Source of the DNA: Macrostomum lignano
Taxonomy: Eukaryota
Direction: 5' to 3'
NCBI GenBank assembly: GCA_002269645.1
Contig: NIVC01000995.1
Location: 1-64,000 of the forward strand
DNA: 64,000 nucleotides
Part shown: in pieces, positions 47,990-60,897 of the stretch
Numbering within the stretch: position 1 is the first letter of the stretch
Layout of the letters: each line of letters starts with the position of its first letter
Program-made: the position numbers and the translations under genes
The notes under the pieces: generated by a model
Database searches by the model: none
The model's input: the letters and a program-made list of their open reading frames with translations, nothing else
What the model was told of the DNA's origin: nothing

Positions 47990-50900
47990 CTACTGAGGCG
48001 ATCCACTGACTTTGTAGCCCTGACGGCCGGCCCTCCCAATGTTGCCCGTTCTGCATCTCCGGCAGCAGAGGGTGATCTGGTGCAGCAGGCACTCGGCCAG
48101 CAGCACCACCGCGCCAGCGGCGAAGAAGCCGGCCAGAATGATGAAAGTGCCGCCGGCCTGCAGCAGGTCGACTGGCTTCGCGTCAGACAGGTCGCTTTCT
48201 ATAGCGCAGATGTTCTCGGCGCTCCACCATTTCTTAATCCAACGGGCCATTAAGCCGCTGTCGACCAGGCGCTGCAGTCTGCGAGGGGTGCGACGACGGA
48301 TTGAAGTGAGGTTCGAGCAGTGACGTAAGAAGTGACATAAATTGAAGTGGAGCAGCACGTCCTGACGTAAGAAGTGACATGAAGTGAGGTGGATCAGCAG
48401 TGACGTAAGAAGCGACATGAAGTGAGGTGGATCAGCAGTGACGTAAGAAGCGACATGAAGTGAGGTGGATCAGCAGTGACGTAAGAAGCGACATGAAGTG
48501 AGGTGGATCAGCAGTGACGTAAGAAGCGACATGAAGTGAGGTGGATCAGCAATGACGTAAGAAGCGACATGAAGTGAGGTGGATCAGCAGTGACGTAAGA
48601 AGCGACATGAAGTGAGGTGGATCAGCAATGACGTAAGAAGCGACATGAAGTGAGGTGGGGCAGCAGTGACGTTAGAAGCGACATGAAGTAAGGTGGGGCA
48701 GCAGTGACGTAAGAAGCGACATGAAGTGAGGTGGATCAGCAGTGACGTAAGAAGCGACATGAAGTGAGGTGGATCAGCAGTGACGTAAGAAGCGACATGA
48801 AGTGAGGTGGATCAGCAGTGACGTAAGAAGCGACATGAAGTGAGGTGGATCAGCAGTGACGTAAGAAGCGACATGAAGTGAGGTGGATCAGCAGTGACGT
48901 AAGAAGCGACATGAAGTGAGGTGGATCAGCAGTGACGTAAGAAGCGACATGAAGTGAGGTGGATCAGCAGTGACGTTAGAAGCGACATGAAGTGAGGTGG
49001 ATCAGCAATGACGTTAGAAGCGACATGAAGTGAGGTGGATCAGCAGAGCAACTATGACGCTGTGACTCTTGGAACAGGCATGCTTGAGGGCTGTAAAGGG
49101 GTGACAAAACATAAACCCACTCTCTATTGATGTCCTCTTTGTAGGGCGCATCCTTCTGCATCGGCCAGCCGAAGGTGGCTACATTGAAGATGTCGCTGAG
49201 CAGCAGCAAGTCGCAGTTGGTGAGGGCCGAGTAGCTCAGCTGAGTTCGGTCGCCAATAAAAGCAAATTGTCGGTCAGAGAAGTTTGCTCCCTTGACGAGA
49301 TTGACGCCCTGCTCAGTCTCGGTGAACTTGGGCATGTTGCCCATGAGCTTGAAGATGTTGTTGTAGGTGCTTCCTGCCGGCGACTTCTGCTCGGATTGAG
49401 GATTTCTCTGGGTGACTTTGATGTTGAGATACTCTTTCTCGACTCTACTTCTTGAGCCCTAAGTTTCTCTAACTTTCCATTGGTGCAGCCGTAATGTACA
49501 TTTTGTCTGACCCTAGCGCCACGACCCCTGGTTTTCGTTTGCTTTGTGGGACAATATCGGCGAAGGCGTTGCGCCAGGGTGTCCCTCAGCGGTCATGCGA
49601 ACATTTTTAAACGCTGTGTTAGCCGCGGTTCGGTAGAGTTATTATGCTAAAAAAGCCAACCAAAAACCTAAAATACACTAAAATACTTGTATTTAAAATT
49701 TTCTACTGAAAGTACTTTATACGCAAATTTGCTGATTTGTTTAGTATATCAAGACGAAAGCCAGCCAACCTCAAACAGCGTGTAGGCGTTGGCGCCAGAC
49801 TTGACAGCCGGTTCGATAACGGACTGGGCGGCTAGCTGCTCCAAGCTTTCAACGCTGGTGGCCGGCAGGTTCAGCGTCAGGTAGCCGATCATGTCGGCTG
49901 TGTACAGCGCCATGATGACCACCACGGTGCACCACCAGAGTCCCAGCACGATGCGGGCCGATGCAGCCACGGGAAAGAAGTCCTGGCCTGTTGATTAATT
50001 GAAATGGGTTTGGTACATCAGACTAGCACTTGAGCCCCCTTTGGGGGACAAGCATGGGAAAGAAGTCCTGGCCTGTTGATTAATTGAAATGGGTTTGGTA
50101 CATCAGACTAGCACTTGAGCCCCCTTTGGGGACAAGCATGGGAAAGAAGTCCTGGCCTGTTGATTAATTGAAATGGGTTTGGTACATCAGACTAGCACTT
50201 GAGCCCCCTTTGGGGGACAAGCATGGGAAAGAAGTCCTGGCCTGTTGATTAATTGAAATGGGTTTGGTACATCAGACTAGCACTTGAGCCCCCTTTGGGG
50301 GACAAGCATGGGAAAGAAGTCCTGGCCTGTTGATTAATTGAAATGGGTTTGGTACATCAGACTAGCACTTGAGCCCCCTTTGGGGGACAAGCACGGGAAA
50401 GAAGTCCTGGCCTGTTGATTAATTGAAATGGGTTTGGTACATCAGACTAGCACTTGAGCTCCCTTTGGGGGACAAGCACGGGAAAGAAGTCCTGGTCTGT
50501 TGATTAATTGAAATGGGTTTGGTACATCAGACTAGCACTTGAGCCCCCTTTGGGGGGACAAGACAAAATCTACTGCTGACAGCTTGGCTGGCAAAAGCAA
50601 ATTGTACGTTATAGCATTAGGACATCTTATATGCATCCAAGCGGTTACTATAAACACCTAAGCAATCTATTGTTTGCCCTCTATCCTTGATTCTAGTGGC
50701 ATGAAAATGAAAAGTTAAAACAATAAACCAAAGCAGGAGTCGGAACCAATGGTCACTGCAGTTTCAGATCAGCACTCGTTTGCAATTGATTGATTGGCAT
50801 GAATTTTTCAGCATTTATTGTGCACAAAATTTTACAGGTAAGGTTAGGCGATGAATCCTTTTTACTAGATTAGACTAGATTAGATCCCATTCGATCATAA

Positions 50901-53900
50901 TTAGGTTAGATCTGATTAGATTAGACTAGATTGGATTGAATTAGATTAGATTGGATTACATTATATTACATTACCTTAGATTGCAATACATTTAATTACA
51001 AATATTATATTAGATTGGATTAAATTAGACTAGATTAGACTAGATTAGATCCCATTAGACCAGATTTTGATTAGATTAGATTAGATTAGAATGGATTAGA
51101 TAAGATTACATTACATGACATCGGATTCGATTGGATTAGATTAGATTAGATTATATCAGATAGATTAGATTAGATTAGATTAGATTAGGTTAGATCAGAT
51201 AGATTAGATTGGATTAGATTAGATTAGATTACAATACATTATATTACATTGCATTACATTACAATAAATTAGACTAGTTTAGATGAAATCCTAAAACACA
51301 AGAAATTCCCGAACTCGCCTTGCTGCAGAAAAGTGCCAATGGCGGACCACAAGTTCTCCTTGTAAGACACCTCGTCCGTGATCCGGTCGGGCAGGTTTAA
51401 GTTCCAGCCGGAGAACGGGGACAGACGCGAGTACACGAAGATGCAGAACGAGCTGAGCAGCATGGAGCCAAGAATAGCCAACCAGCTATACAGAGAGAAT
51501 GGGCTGAGTACCCTGAACATGGGGTTCTCCTGTTCTGCAAGTGCGTTTAAGCGTGAATATATCCAATAATAATTTCATAACTGAATTACTAATTAGCAAA
51601 CTAATCAATACTTGTAACTATATACTTTTTCTGCATTACAGTTTTTCTTGACCAAACACATTCTGTCGATTGTTTCTCCTCCTCAATATAGATCTAGTCC
51701 AAAAACTTTATTTTGGAGTCCATGAATCTACTCAAGAGATGGCTGACTCTCCAGTAATTTCTAGTTCCTTACCTGGCTTCTTAATTAATATTGCATTGCC
51801 GTCCTGCATGAAGGGCACTGAGAAGTCGATGACAGTCTGTCGAATCGCTGTCATAGTGAACGGCCCGATGGCGAAGTCAGCCTCCTAGCAGGAAATTGAA
51901 GATTGGGTTAGTAGAATATTGATTTCTGCATCAGTTGAAGTCGGTCGGCTCCTGAGTTGTTTGCCTGTTAATAGCTGGTTTACTGATCATTACATGACCT
52001 ACTGACCTAACTGTTGTATTCACTCTTTCACCAGCAGTTCACTGCCTGACCTACAGAAGTTCACTGCTTGACCTACAGAATTTCACTGCCTGACCTACAG
52101 AATTTCACTGCCTGACCTACAGAATTTCACTGCCTGACCTACAGAAGTTCACTGCCTGACCTAAAGAAGTTCACTGCCTGACCTACAGCAGTTCACTGCC
52201 TGACCTACAGCTGTTCACTGCCTGACCTACAGAATTTCACTGCCTGACCTACAGAAGTTCACTGCCTGACCTAAAGAAGTTCACTGCTTGACCTACAGCA
52301 GTTCACTGCCTGACCTACAGCTGTTCACTGCCTGACCTACAGAATTTCACTGCCTGACCTACAGCTGTTCACTGCCTGACCTACAGCAGTTCACTGCCTG
52401 ACCTACAGCTGTTCACTGCCTGACCTACAGAAGTTCACTGCCTGACCTACAGCAGTTCACTGCCTGTGCATGTTAGCTGGGAGCACTATAAAGGGCACAT
52501 AAAAGTACAATGCAATGTATGGTCAGGGAGATCAAACGATGCGCACAAACTGTAAGATTTTATGCTAATGGACACAGAAGCTTTTAATAAGAAATAAGTG
52601 CGCGAATTAAATAAATAATTATACTTAGTACTGATCACCCATTGTTTTCGATCATTGCTCAGACTGACCTGCCGTGAGTCACCCCAAGCGTCAGTTTTAA
52701 TCCAATGAGACTCGCTCGCACAGGACCTGGCAGTGTGAGCTACACTAACTATCCCAATCAAGGATATGCTGAACACGGACATGAGGGTCAAATGATAGCC
52801 AATTTAACTAATTGCTTTAGCGACTAACCCTGCGTGCTCACGTGCCAGCCTTAATTGTTCTGTCAATCCACCGACAGTACCCACACTGGGCAGTTTGAAC
52901 CGGCGGGGGCCGGTTTTAATCCAGCTCCAGCCATAACTCTCCTCTCTTTCCTCGCCAGCCTAAGCTAGGGGGGGGGCAATGGTGACGCAAATCGCATCAC
53001 CAACAGTTGAGACGAGAGGCCGTGGACCTATCGTGAATTGCAGAATACTGACCTAGGTATAATTTGACACTCAAACATTTCCTCGACAGAGAGAAGAACA
53101 GATTAACAACATTGTTAATTGCTTCTAGAAAGCTTCGGGAAAGTTGACAAATCAGAATCCATTATCCACTTCAGACGGATCCGCCATCCCCCGAGGTGCT
53201 TGGACTCCTCCGATCTCAGCCAGCCAGCCAGTCATTAATCAAATCGCTCGCGCTGCATGACGTGGGCCCGCCGGTCCAACCCATTAACACGGGGCCAACT
53301 TCCTGACTGCCTCTTCCTCTCCCTCTCGAAGTGCATCAATTCAGCGTTTTATATTGCTATAGAAACCTAAGTGCGCGGGTTAGTGATGGAGAGCCATAGG
53401 CCTTTGAGTGCCCCCCCCCCCACAAAAAAGCATAGAAAATGACTGCAGTCGAGGGGGCGAGCATTTGAACTAGGGGACTCGAGCATTCACTGAGCTCACT
53501 CGAGCGGCTATTGTTAATCAAAATCAGAAAATATCCCTGACTGAAGTTGACGTTATAATGCGATTAAAGTTGCGTAGAATTCTGCTCCTACCTGACTCGT
53601 TGCGATTCGAGTGCAATAATTATTGGTACATAATTTGATCTGCTATCTCGCTACTACTGCTCACTCACTTTTCGCAGCACATCGCCAACCATGCCATTCC
53701 ACGTGCCGTTGGAGTAGGGCGCGCCCCAGTTGTTGTCCGGCGGTTGTCGCAAGCGATAGCTGCAATATTTTAGAATAAAACAGTTCAACCTTTGCTACAT
53801 CAGCCAGTTAAAAGCCGGCGAAAGAGAAGGGAGAATCAGCTGAGTGGAGGTGGAGGTCGTGAGGGTAGAAATACCAGTGAGCCAGCCAATAAGGAGACGG

Positions 53901-56900
53901 CCCAGGAGAAGGAACAATCAGCGGAGTGAGGTGGAGGTCGTGAGGGTAGAAATTCTAGTGAGCCAGCCAATAAGGAGACGGCCCAGGAGAAGGAACAATC
54001 AGCGGAGTGAGGTGGAGGTCGTGAGGGTAGAAATTCTAGTGAGCCAGCCAATAAGGAGACGGCCCAGGAGAAGGAACAATCAGCGGAGTGAGGTGGAGGT
54101 CGAGATGGGTAGAAGCGACAAGTCAACCAGCCAATCCAATATTAATGGGGATAGCCTCCGATGAATAATAACCTGACACTGATATAATAATGCTTCTGTG
54201 CGTACCTGAACTTCAGCCGGGAGGCCACCTCATTGATCATATCGATGCTGAGACCCGTGACGTTCAACTCGAATCCGTTTTTGTCCCGCGTACCAGGAAA
54301 CGAGAAAGGCGAAACCTGTGCGAGTGAATATCAGTTTCAATGAACCAATGAAGAGCTAAAGTGCTATATAATACACAAGAATATCAGCAACGTTTAAAGC
54401 GAAAGGACATGACAAGTGTATCGAAACGTTCTCATGACAAGGTGGGGCATACTGTCATTTTACTGCCAGAAATTAACCGGCAGTGATAATTGACTGCCCA
54501 GCAGAAGTAACCCATCTCCTTCCAAATTCTCAGTTGCCATCGGCAGGCAATTGTCAAAGACCCACAGGTCACCCAGTTCACATCTCAGCTCACCATCTTC
54601 AGCTCCAGAAGCAGAGTCCGGTTCTCCAAATAGCCGCTGCTCGCCGGAAATCTGGCGGCATTCAGCATCAACTTGCCGGAGTCTTCCACAAACTCGCCAG
54701 ACTGAATGTAGCCGTCGCTGCCGCTGCCGCTGCGGCAGAGCAGCTGCTGGCGACGCGATCCGCTAAAGATGGCCGACCGGATCTCCTCAGCTGGCGACAA
54801 CCCGGAGGCGGCGGCTGAGCTGGCGGTGCTCACCAAGCCGCTGAGCAGATCGGCCTGACGGAGGCTCAACTGCCGCCACTTGGCGCCGCGTCGCATCGGT
54901 GTAAACGCCGTCGTCGAGAGGCTTGGAGAGAAGTAGCAGAACCGACAGTTGCCAGGCGGCGGTGCAGCAGGCGGCGACCACACCAGCAGGCTGCGTCCGC
55001 ACAGCTGCGGGCAGGGGAGGTTCGAGGCTGAGGATCTGAGAAGCTTTGACAGAGTCAGGTGTGAAACTAACTAGCGTTATAGAAAGGTAAACAAAGACAA
55101 CTATGAAAGTATAGTAGAGAGTAGTGCGTTATCAACAATCACGAGTTGTTTGAAGCGCACTGGAACTTCTCGTGATAGCTCAGAAGTGACAAGTGAAGGG
55201 CGGGAAAATGCCGGGTTCGATTCCGCTAGCTTAAGCCCCTGAATGGTAAACCCACAAGGCTGTATACTGACTGGCTGCCAGTATGTGAGTATGCTTCTGC
55301 ACATTTATACTGGCAGTCAAGTGTCGAGTGTCGAAACTCTTTGATACTTGGGGCGGCAATGTGCGCCCATAAAGTACACATTTAGGACGCTTATAGGAGT
55401 GAGGAAAAGTTAGGAGCTTTAGTTGCCATGGTTGCGTCCAGCAGTCCCTGCTCAAGGCAACCCACCTGAGCCACGGCAGAGTCCAGCCGGTCAGCGCTGC
55501 CGATCGCCAGCACGAAGCCGTCAAATCTGACGCTGGCAATCGACAGCTCCGACATTATCGCCGAGATGTCGTCGAATTCGGCAGCAACAACGGCTGCGTC
55601 GGGCGCCCTGCGGCCCAGCGCGGCCAACAGGCGAAGGGAGCCGCCACCGGCCAGGCCGTCGTTCGACTTGTCGAAGACCAAGAGGACGCGACGCCAGCCC
55701 AGCTCGGCCACGGTCGCAGCCAGGGCTTCCTCTTGGCCGCCGGATTCCATTGATACAACGGCGGCGGCGGCGGCGGCAGAGGCTGGGCCAGCGGCGGCAG
55801 CATCGCAAACCGCAGCCGCCGGCGCCAGCAACTCCGTGACGTTCGGCAAGACGACTGCGGACAGAGCTTTGCAGGCTGCGAGGTTCAGCACCAGATGCGG
55901 CTGCCAGGCCGTTAAGTGCTTCTCTGGCCGGGTTTCAAGGGCGATTTTTCACTGTCAAACTGTCAGACTGTCAGACTGTCAAACTGTCAAACTGTCAAAC
56001 TGTCAAACTGTCAGACTGTCAAACTGTCAAACTGTCAGACTGTCAAACTGTCAGACTGTCAAACTGTCAAACTGTCAAACTGTCAAACTGTCAGACTGTC
56101 AAACTGTCAAACTGTCAGACTGTCAGACTGTCAAACTGTCAAACTGTCAAACTGTCAAACTGTCAAACTGTCAGACTGTCAAACTGTCAAACTGTCAGAC
56201 TGTCAGACTGTCAAACTGTCAAACTGTCAAACTATCAGACTGTCAAACTGTCAGACTGTCAAACTGTCAAAGTGTCAAACTGTCAAACTGTCAAACTGTC
56301 AGACTGTCAAACTGTCAAACTGTCAGACTGTCAGACTGTCAAACTGTCAGACTGTCAAACTGTTAGACTGTCAAACTGTCAGACTGTCAAACTGTCAGAC
56401 TGTCAAACTGTAAGACTGTCAGACTGTCAAACTGTCAGACTGTCAAACTGTCAGACTGTCAAACTGTCAGACTGTCAAACTGTCAGACTGTCAAACTGTC
56501 AGACTGTCAAACTGTCAGACTGTCAAACTGTCAGACTGTCAAACTGTCAGACTGTCAAACTGTCAGACTGTCAAACTGTCAGACTGTCAAACTGTCAGAC
56601 TGTCAAACTGTCAGACTGTCAAACTGTCAGACTGTCAAACTGTCCGACTGTCAAACTGTCCGACTGTCCGACTGTCCGACTGTCAAACTGTCAAACTGTC
56701 AAACTGTCAGACTGTCCGACTGTCAAACTGTCCGACTGTCAAACTGTCAGACTGTCAAACTGTCAAACTGTCAGACTGTCCGACTGTCAAACTGTCCGAC
56801 TGTCAAACTGTCAGACTGTCAAACTGTCAGACTGTTAGATGAGCTATATGATGACAAAATTTAAGTGTTAATCTTTTTACCATAGTCCAGATTCAGCTCA

Positions 56901-58679
56901 ATAGTCCGCACAGCAACCAGAAGCGCGGAGCTGTTTTTCAGGGTTATGTCACCAAACGAAGCATTTGATAGCTGATTTCTTGGTGTCAAAAGGCCTGGAA
57001 AATGCCCGGGAAAATAAATGCGTGATGCAGTGGAGACAGTGACAGCACAGAATGGACACGTCATGACAACTACAGTGGAGACAGTGACAGCCCAGAATGG
57101 ACACTTCATGACAACTGCAGTGGAGACAGCGACAGCACAGAATGGACACTTCATGACAACTGCTGTGGAGACAGTGACAGCCCAGAATGGACACTTCATG
57201 ACAACTGCAGTGGAGACAGCGACAGCACAGAATGGACACTTCATGACAACTGCTGTGGAGACAGTGACAGCCCAGAATGGACACTTCATGACAACTGCAG
57301 TGGAGGCAGTGACAGCCCAGAATGGACACTTCATGACAACTGCAGTGGAGACAGCGACAGCACAGAATGGACACTTCATGACAACTGCTGTGGAGACAGT
57401 GACAGCCCAGAATGGACACTTCATGACAACTGCAGTGGAGACAGCGACAGCACAGAATGGACACTTCATGACAACTGCTGTGGAGACAGTGACAGCCCAG
57501 AATGGACACTTCATGACAACTGCAGTGGAGGCAGTGACAGCCCAGAATGGACACTTCATGACAACTGCAGTGGAGACAGCGACAGCACAGAATGGACACT
57601 TCATGACAACTGCTGTGGAGACAGTGACAGCCCAGAATGGACACTTCATGACAACTGCAGTGGAGACAGCGACAGCACAGAATGGACACTTCATGACAAC
57701 TGCTGTGGAGACAGTGACAGCCCAGAATGGACACTTCATGACAACTGCAGTGGAGGCAGTGACAGCCCAGAATGGACACTTCATGACAACTGCTGTGGAG
57801 GCAGTGACAGCCCAGAATGGACACTTCATGACAACTGCTGTGGAGACAGTGACAGCCCAGAATGGACACTTCATGACAACTGCTGTGGAGACAGTGACAG
57901 CCCAGAATGGACACTTCATGACAACTGCAGTGGAGGCAGTGACAGCCCAGAATGGACACTTCATGACAACTGCTGTGGAGGCAGTGACAGCCCAGAATGG
58001 ACACTTCATGACAACTGCTGTGGAGACAGTGACAGCCCAGAATGGACACTTCATGACAACTGCTGTGGAGACAGTGACAGCCCAGAATGGACACTTCATG
58101 ACAACTACAGTGGAGACAGTGACAGCCCAGAATGGACACTTCATGACAACTGCTGTGGAGGCAGTGACAGCCCAGAATGGACACTTCATGACAACTGCAG
58201 CGGAGGCAGTGACAGCACAGAATGGACACTTCATGACAACTGCTGTGGAGACAGTGACAGCCCAGAATGGACACTTCATGACAACTACAGTGGAGACAGT
58301 GACAGCCCAGAATGGACACTTCATGACAACTGCTGTGGAGACAGTGACAGCCCAGAATGGACACTTCATGACAACTGCTGTGGAGACAGTGACAGCCCAG
58401 AATGGACACTTCATGACAACTACAGACTTACATTTATGCATAGCAGTACACTACTTAAAATATTTTAAACTGGCTCTGGAACAGTACCGACTAAGTGGCA
58501 ATTTATATGGTAAATAAGAGACAAAGTTGATCGGCTCTCAACAAGCGCGTCAGTGCAGAGGAAGGAAAGGTATTAGAAAATGAATTTTTCTCACCAATAC
58601 GCAGTTCCTGGGAGCAGCTCAGACCCGGGAGCAGAAGATGCAGCCCCAAGAGCAGCAGCCCAGCACGATGACGCGACAT
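47990..58679 (-). CDS. Divergent ionotropic glutamate receptor-like channel (about 789 aa, 11 exons)
   Basis: Exons 58679-58595, 56994-56881, 55923-55466, 55004-54594, 54315-54206, 53759-53669, 51884-51773, 51534-51319, 49987-49770, about 49386-49121, 48278-47990. Phases are consistent. Signal peptide + ELRIG, GTWNGMVGD, ADFAIGPFT...R..VIDFSVPFM, pore FLQQG, M3 YTA motif, FAFIGD, RLVDSG...KKWW..C, M4. Confidence 0.92.
48330..49046. repeat. Intronic minisatellite, 38-bp unit, about 18 copies
   Basis: Unit gcagtgacgtaagaagcgacatgaagtgaggtggatca. Confidence 0.95.
49971..50562. repeat. 85-bp tandem array (7 units) overlapping an intron/exon junction
   Basis: Units start at 49971, 50056, 50140, 50225, 50310, 50395, 50480. 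Each carries the minus-strand acceptor caacag| plus the first about 17-19 exon nt. Confidence 0.95.
50860..51275. repeat. (ATTAG)n-type microsatellite
   Basis: Degenerate attag/attac pentamers. Confidence 0.9.
52035..52466. repeat. Intronic minisatellite, 22-bp unit, about 19 copies
   Basis: Unit ttcactgcctgacctacagaag. Confidence 0.93.
53840..54110. repeat. Intronic minisatellite, 81-bp unit, about 3.3 copies
   Basis: gccagccaataaggagacgg recurs every 81 bp. Confidence 0.93.
55951..56835. repeat. 8-bp array actgtca(a/g), about 110 copies
   Basis: Alternating actgtcaa, actgtcag and actgtccg. Confidence 0.97.
57020..58425. repeat. Intronic minisatellite, 45-bp unit, about 31 copies
   Basis: Unit tcatgacaactgc(a/t)gtggagacagtgacagcccagaatggacact. 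The 499-526 aa ORFs here are artefacts. Confidence 0.97.
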
Positions 58680-59016
58680 GGTCTCACGTGGTCTCAGATC
58701 GTGGGTCCCAGGTGCTCAAGTCACGGTCTGGTCACGCTCTCCGTCCGTTTTCCAATGTTAATAAATTGTGCCAAAATGTAAACGAGACCCTATTGGCCAG
58801 ATGCAGGTTCAGGCCAGGGAATACTTATAATTAAGGCGCATGGAGTTCATGATGTACTATATTTGGATAGAGAAACTGTGACACAGCTGCGGGCGCTTAA
58901 CAATAGCAAATACCCTGCCATCTCCAAGAGCCAAATATTCCGTCTTTCCGAGTTTTAAAGCCACCATTTATGCGTTTGAAGAACTAAATTTCATAATTAG
59001 AGCTCATTTACAAAAG

Positions 59017-59560
59017 ACCTAAACTTCATTAGACCTAAACTTCATTAGACCTAAACTTCATTAGACCTAAACTTCATTAGACCTAAACTTCATTAGACCT
59101 AAACTTCATTAGACCTAAACTTCATTAGACCTAAACTTCATTAGACCTAAACTTCATTAGACCTAAACTTCATTAGACCTAAACTTCATTAGACCTAAAC
59201 TTCATTAGACCTAAACTTCATTAGACCTAAACTTCATTAGACCTAAACTTCATTAGACCTAAACTTCATTAGACCTAAACTTCATTAGACCTAAACTTCA
59301 TTAGACCTAAACTTCATTAGACCTAAACTTCATTAGACCTAAACTTCATTAGACCTAAACTTCATTAGACCTAAACTTCATTAGACCTAAACTTCATTAG
59401 ACCTAAACTTCATTAGACCTAAACTTCATTAGACCTAAACTTCATTAGACCTAAACTTCATTAGACCTAAAATCCATAAGACCTAAACTTCATAGGACCT
59501 AAACTTCATTAGACCTAAAATCTATAAGACCTAAAATTCACAAGACCTAAACTTTATAAG
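59017..59560. repeat. 16-bp array agacctaaacttcatt (about 28 perfect copies plus a degenerate tail)
   Basis: Direct reading. Inverted taggtc modules occur at about 59730 and about 59845. Confidence 0.95.
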
Positions 59561-60164
59561 ACATAAAAACTTCATAGAACCCAGACTTCATAACAACTAA
59601 GGTATTTATAAGACCTAAGCTAAACACCGATAAAATATATATATTTTTAATTTTACCGCTAATGCTTTTAGCGTTATTGGAAGTCAAGATTTTCATTAGT
59701 GGATGCTTGAAGCTTTTAGGCGATGCGAAATTTAGGTCCTATGAAACCTCGCCCCCGTTCGTGGACAACCAGAAAGTCCCCGTCCAAATTTCAGATCTTC
59801 AATTATTTTTACAAGCCCGGCAGTTTCCAGTCCAGATTTTGTGTAGGTCTAAAAATCCTCGGATCATATCGAAAATCAAAGAAATATTGCCTGGAGACAA
59901 CAGCAGCGAAGAAAAATGATGATGGGTAACGGCTCTTTAAGCCAGCTCCATAAGTGTGAAGCTGTGTTTCCTGGACTTATTCCTATTTTTCCTGGAGCTC
60001 AATGCTCAACTACGGCTGCTCGCGAAAATAAAATCTCTCCATGATTGGGATTCCGCTCGCGCAGTTTTTATCCTAATTAATTGAAAGGGGTGACAATCAA
60101 GCTCGAAATTTTATTTCGTCAAAAACCATGAAATGACAGAAGCGAATTCTCAGGCACACGAAGG

Positions 60165-60325
60165 ACCTCCACCGGATCTCCACCGGACCTCCACCGGACC
60201 TCCACCGGATCTCCACCGGACCTCCACCGGACCTCCACCGGACCTCCACCGGACCTCCACCGGACCTCCACCGGACCTCCACCGGACCTCCACCGGACCT
60301 CCACCGGACCTCCACCGGACCTCAG
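60165..60325. repeat. 11-bp array ggacctccacc
   Basis: About 14 copies. Confidence 0.93.
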
Positions 60326-60897
60326 TCGGACCTCTTCTAAAACAGGCTTCCATCTCGTCTAAGTCAAGTGACGGAAAGTAAAAACTGCTTCAGCTTTTTT
60401 CTCTGATAAAAATAATGAGCCCATCGTACTACTATTAGTACGCTCCAAGGAATGATAGGAACGACAATAATTTTTTTACAATCCAATTTTTTATCATTTG
60501 AGATTCAAAATGGTATCAGTGCTTGAAAAAATATAGTAAACTGAGAAACTTAAATTAAATTAACTTAAATAAACACTGCCCAGATAGATAATTGGGAGGG
60601 GAGGCTGCTCACTGTGCGGCCGCTAATTGATGAACAGCAGGGGTCTGGCCGGCTCTCTGCACAAGCATTTCCATTAGCATGGTGATTTATTGCAGCAAGA
60701 CGGCTGGTCTCCGGTACAAGTTGGATTATTGGCTAATCTGCCGCTGGCTACCCGCATTTTCCATTATTCAACCCTTGATCAAAGCGTGACAGGCAATTGA
60801 TGAAGCCATCGCCCAGCTTCCTAATGCTCCAGTGCTGGCTCCGATGTGTCATTTTATGACCGCTTTGGGACAATCTTTTATGGCAAAGCATCGATAC

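Noticed and set aside
55916-58517. 165-526 aa repetitive ORFs (SNCQTVKL, TTAVETVTAQNGHFM)
   Set aside because: They lie inside introns 1-2 of the iGluR-like gene and are open in several frames because the units lack stops.
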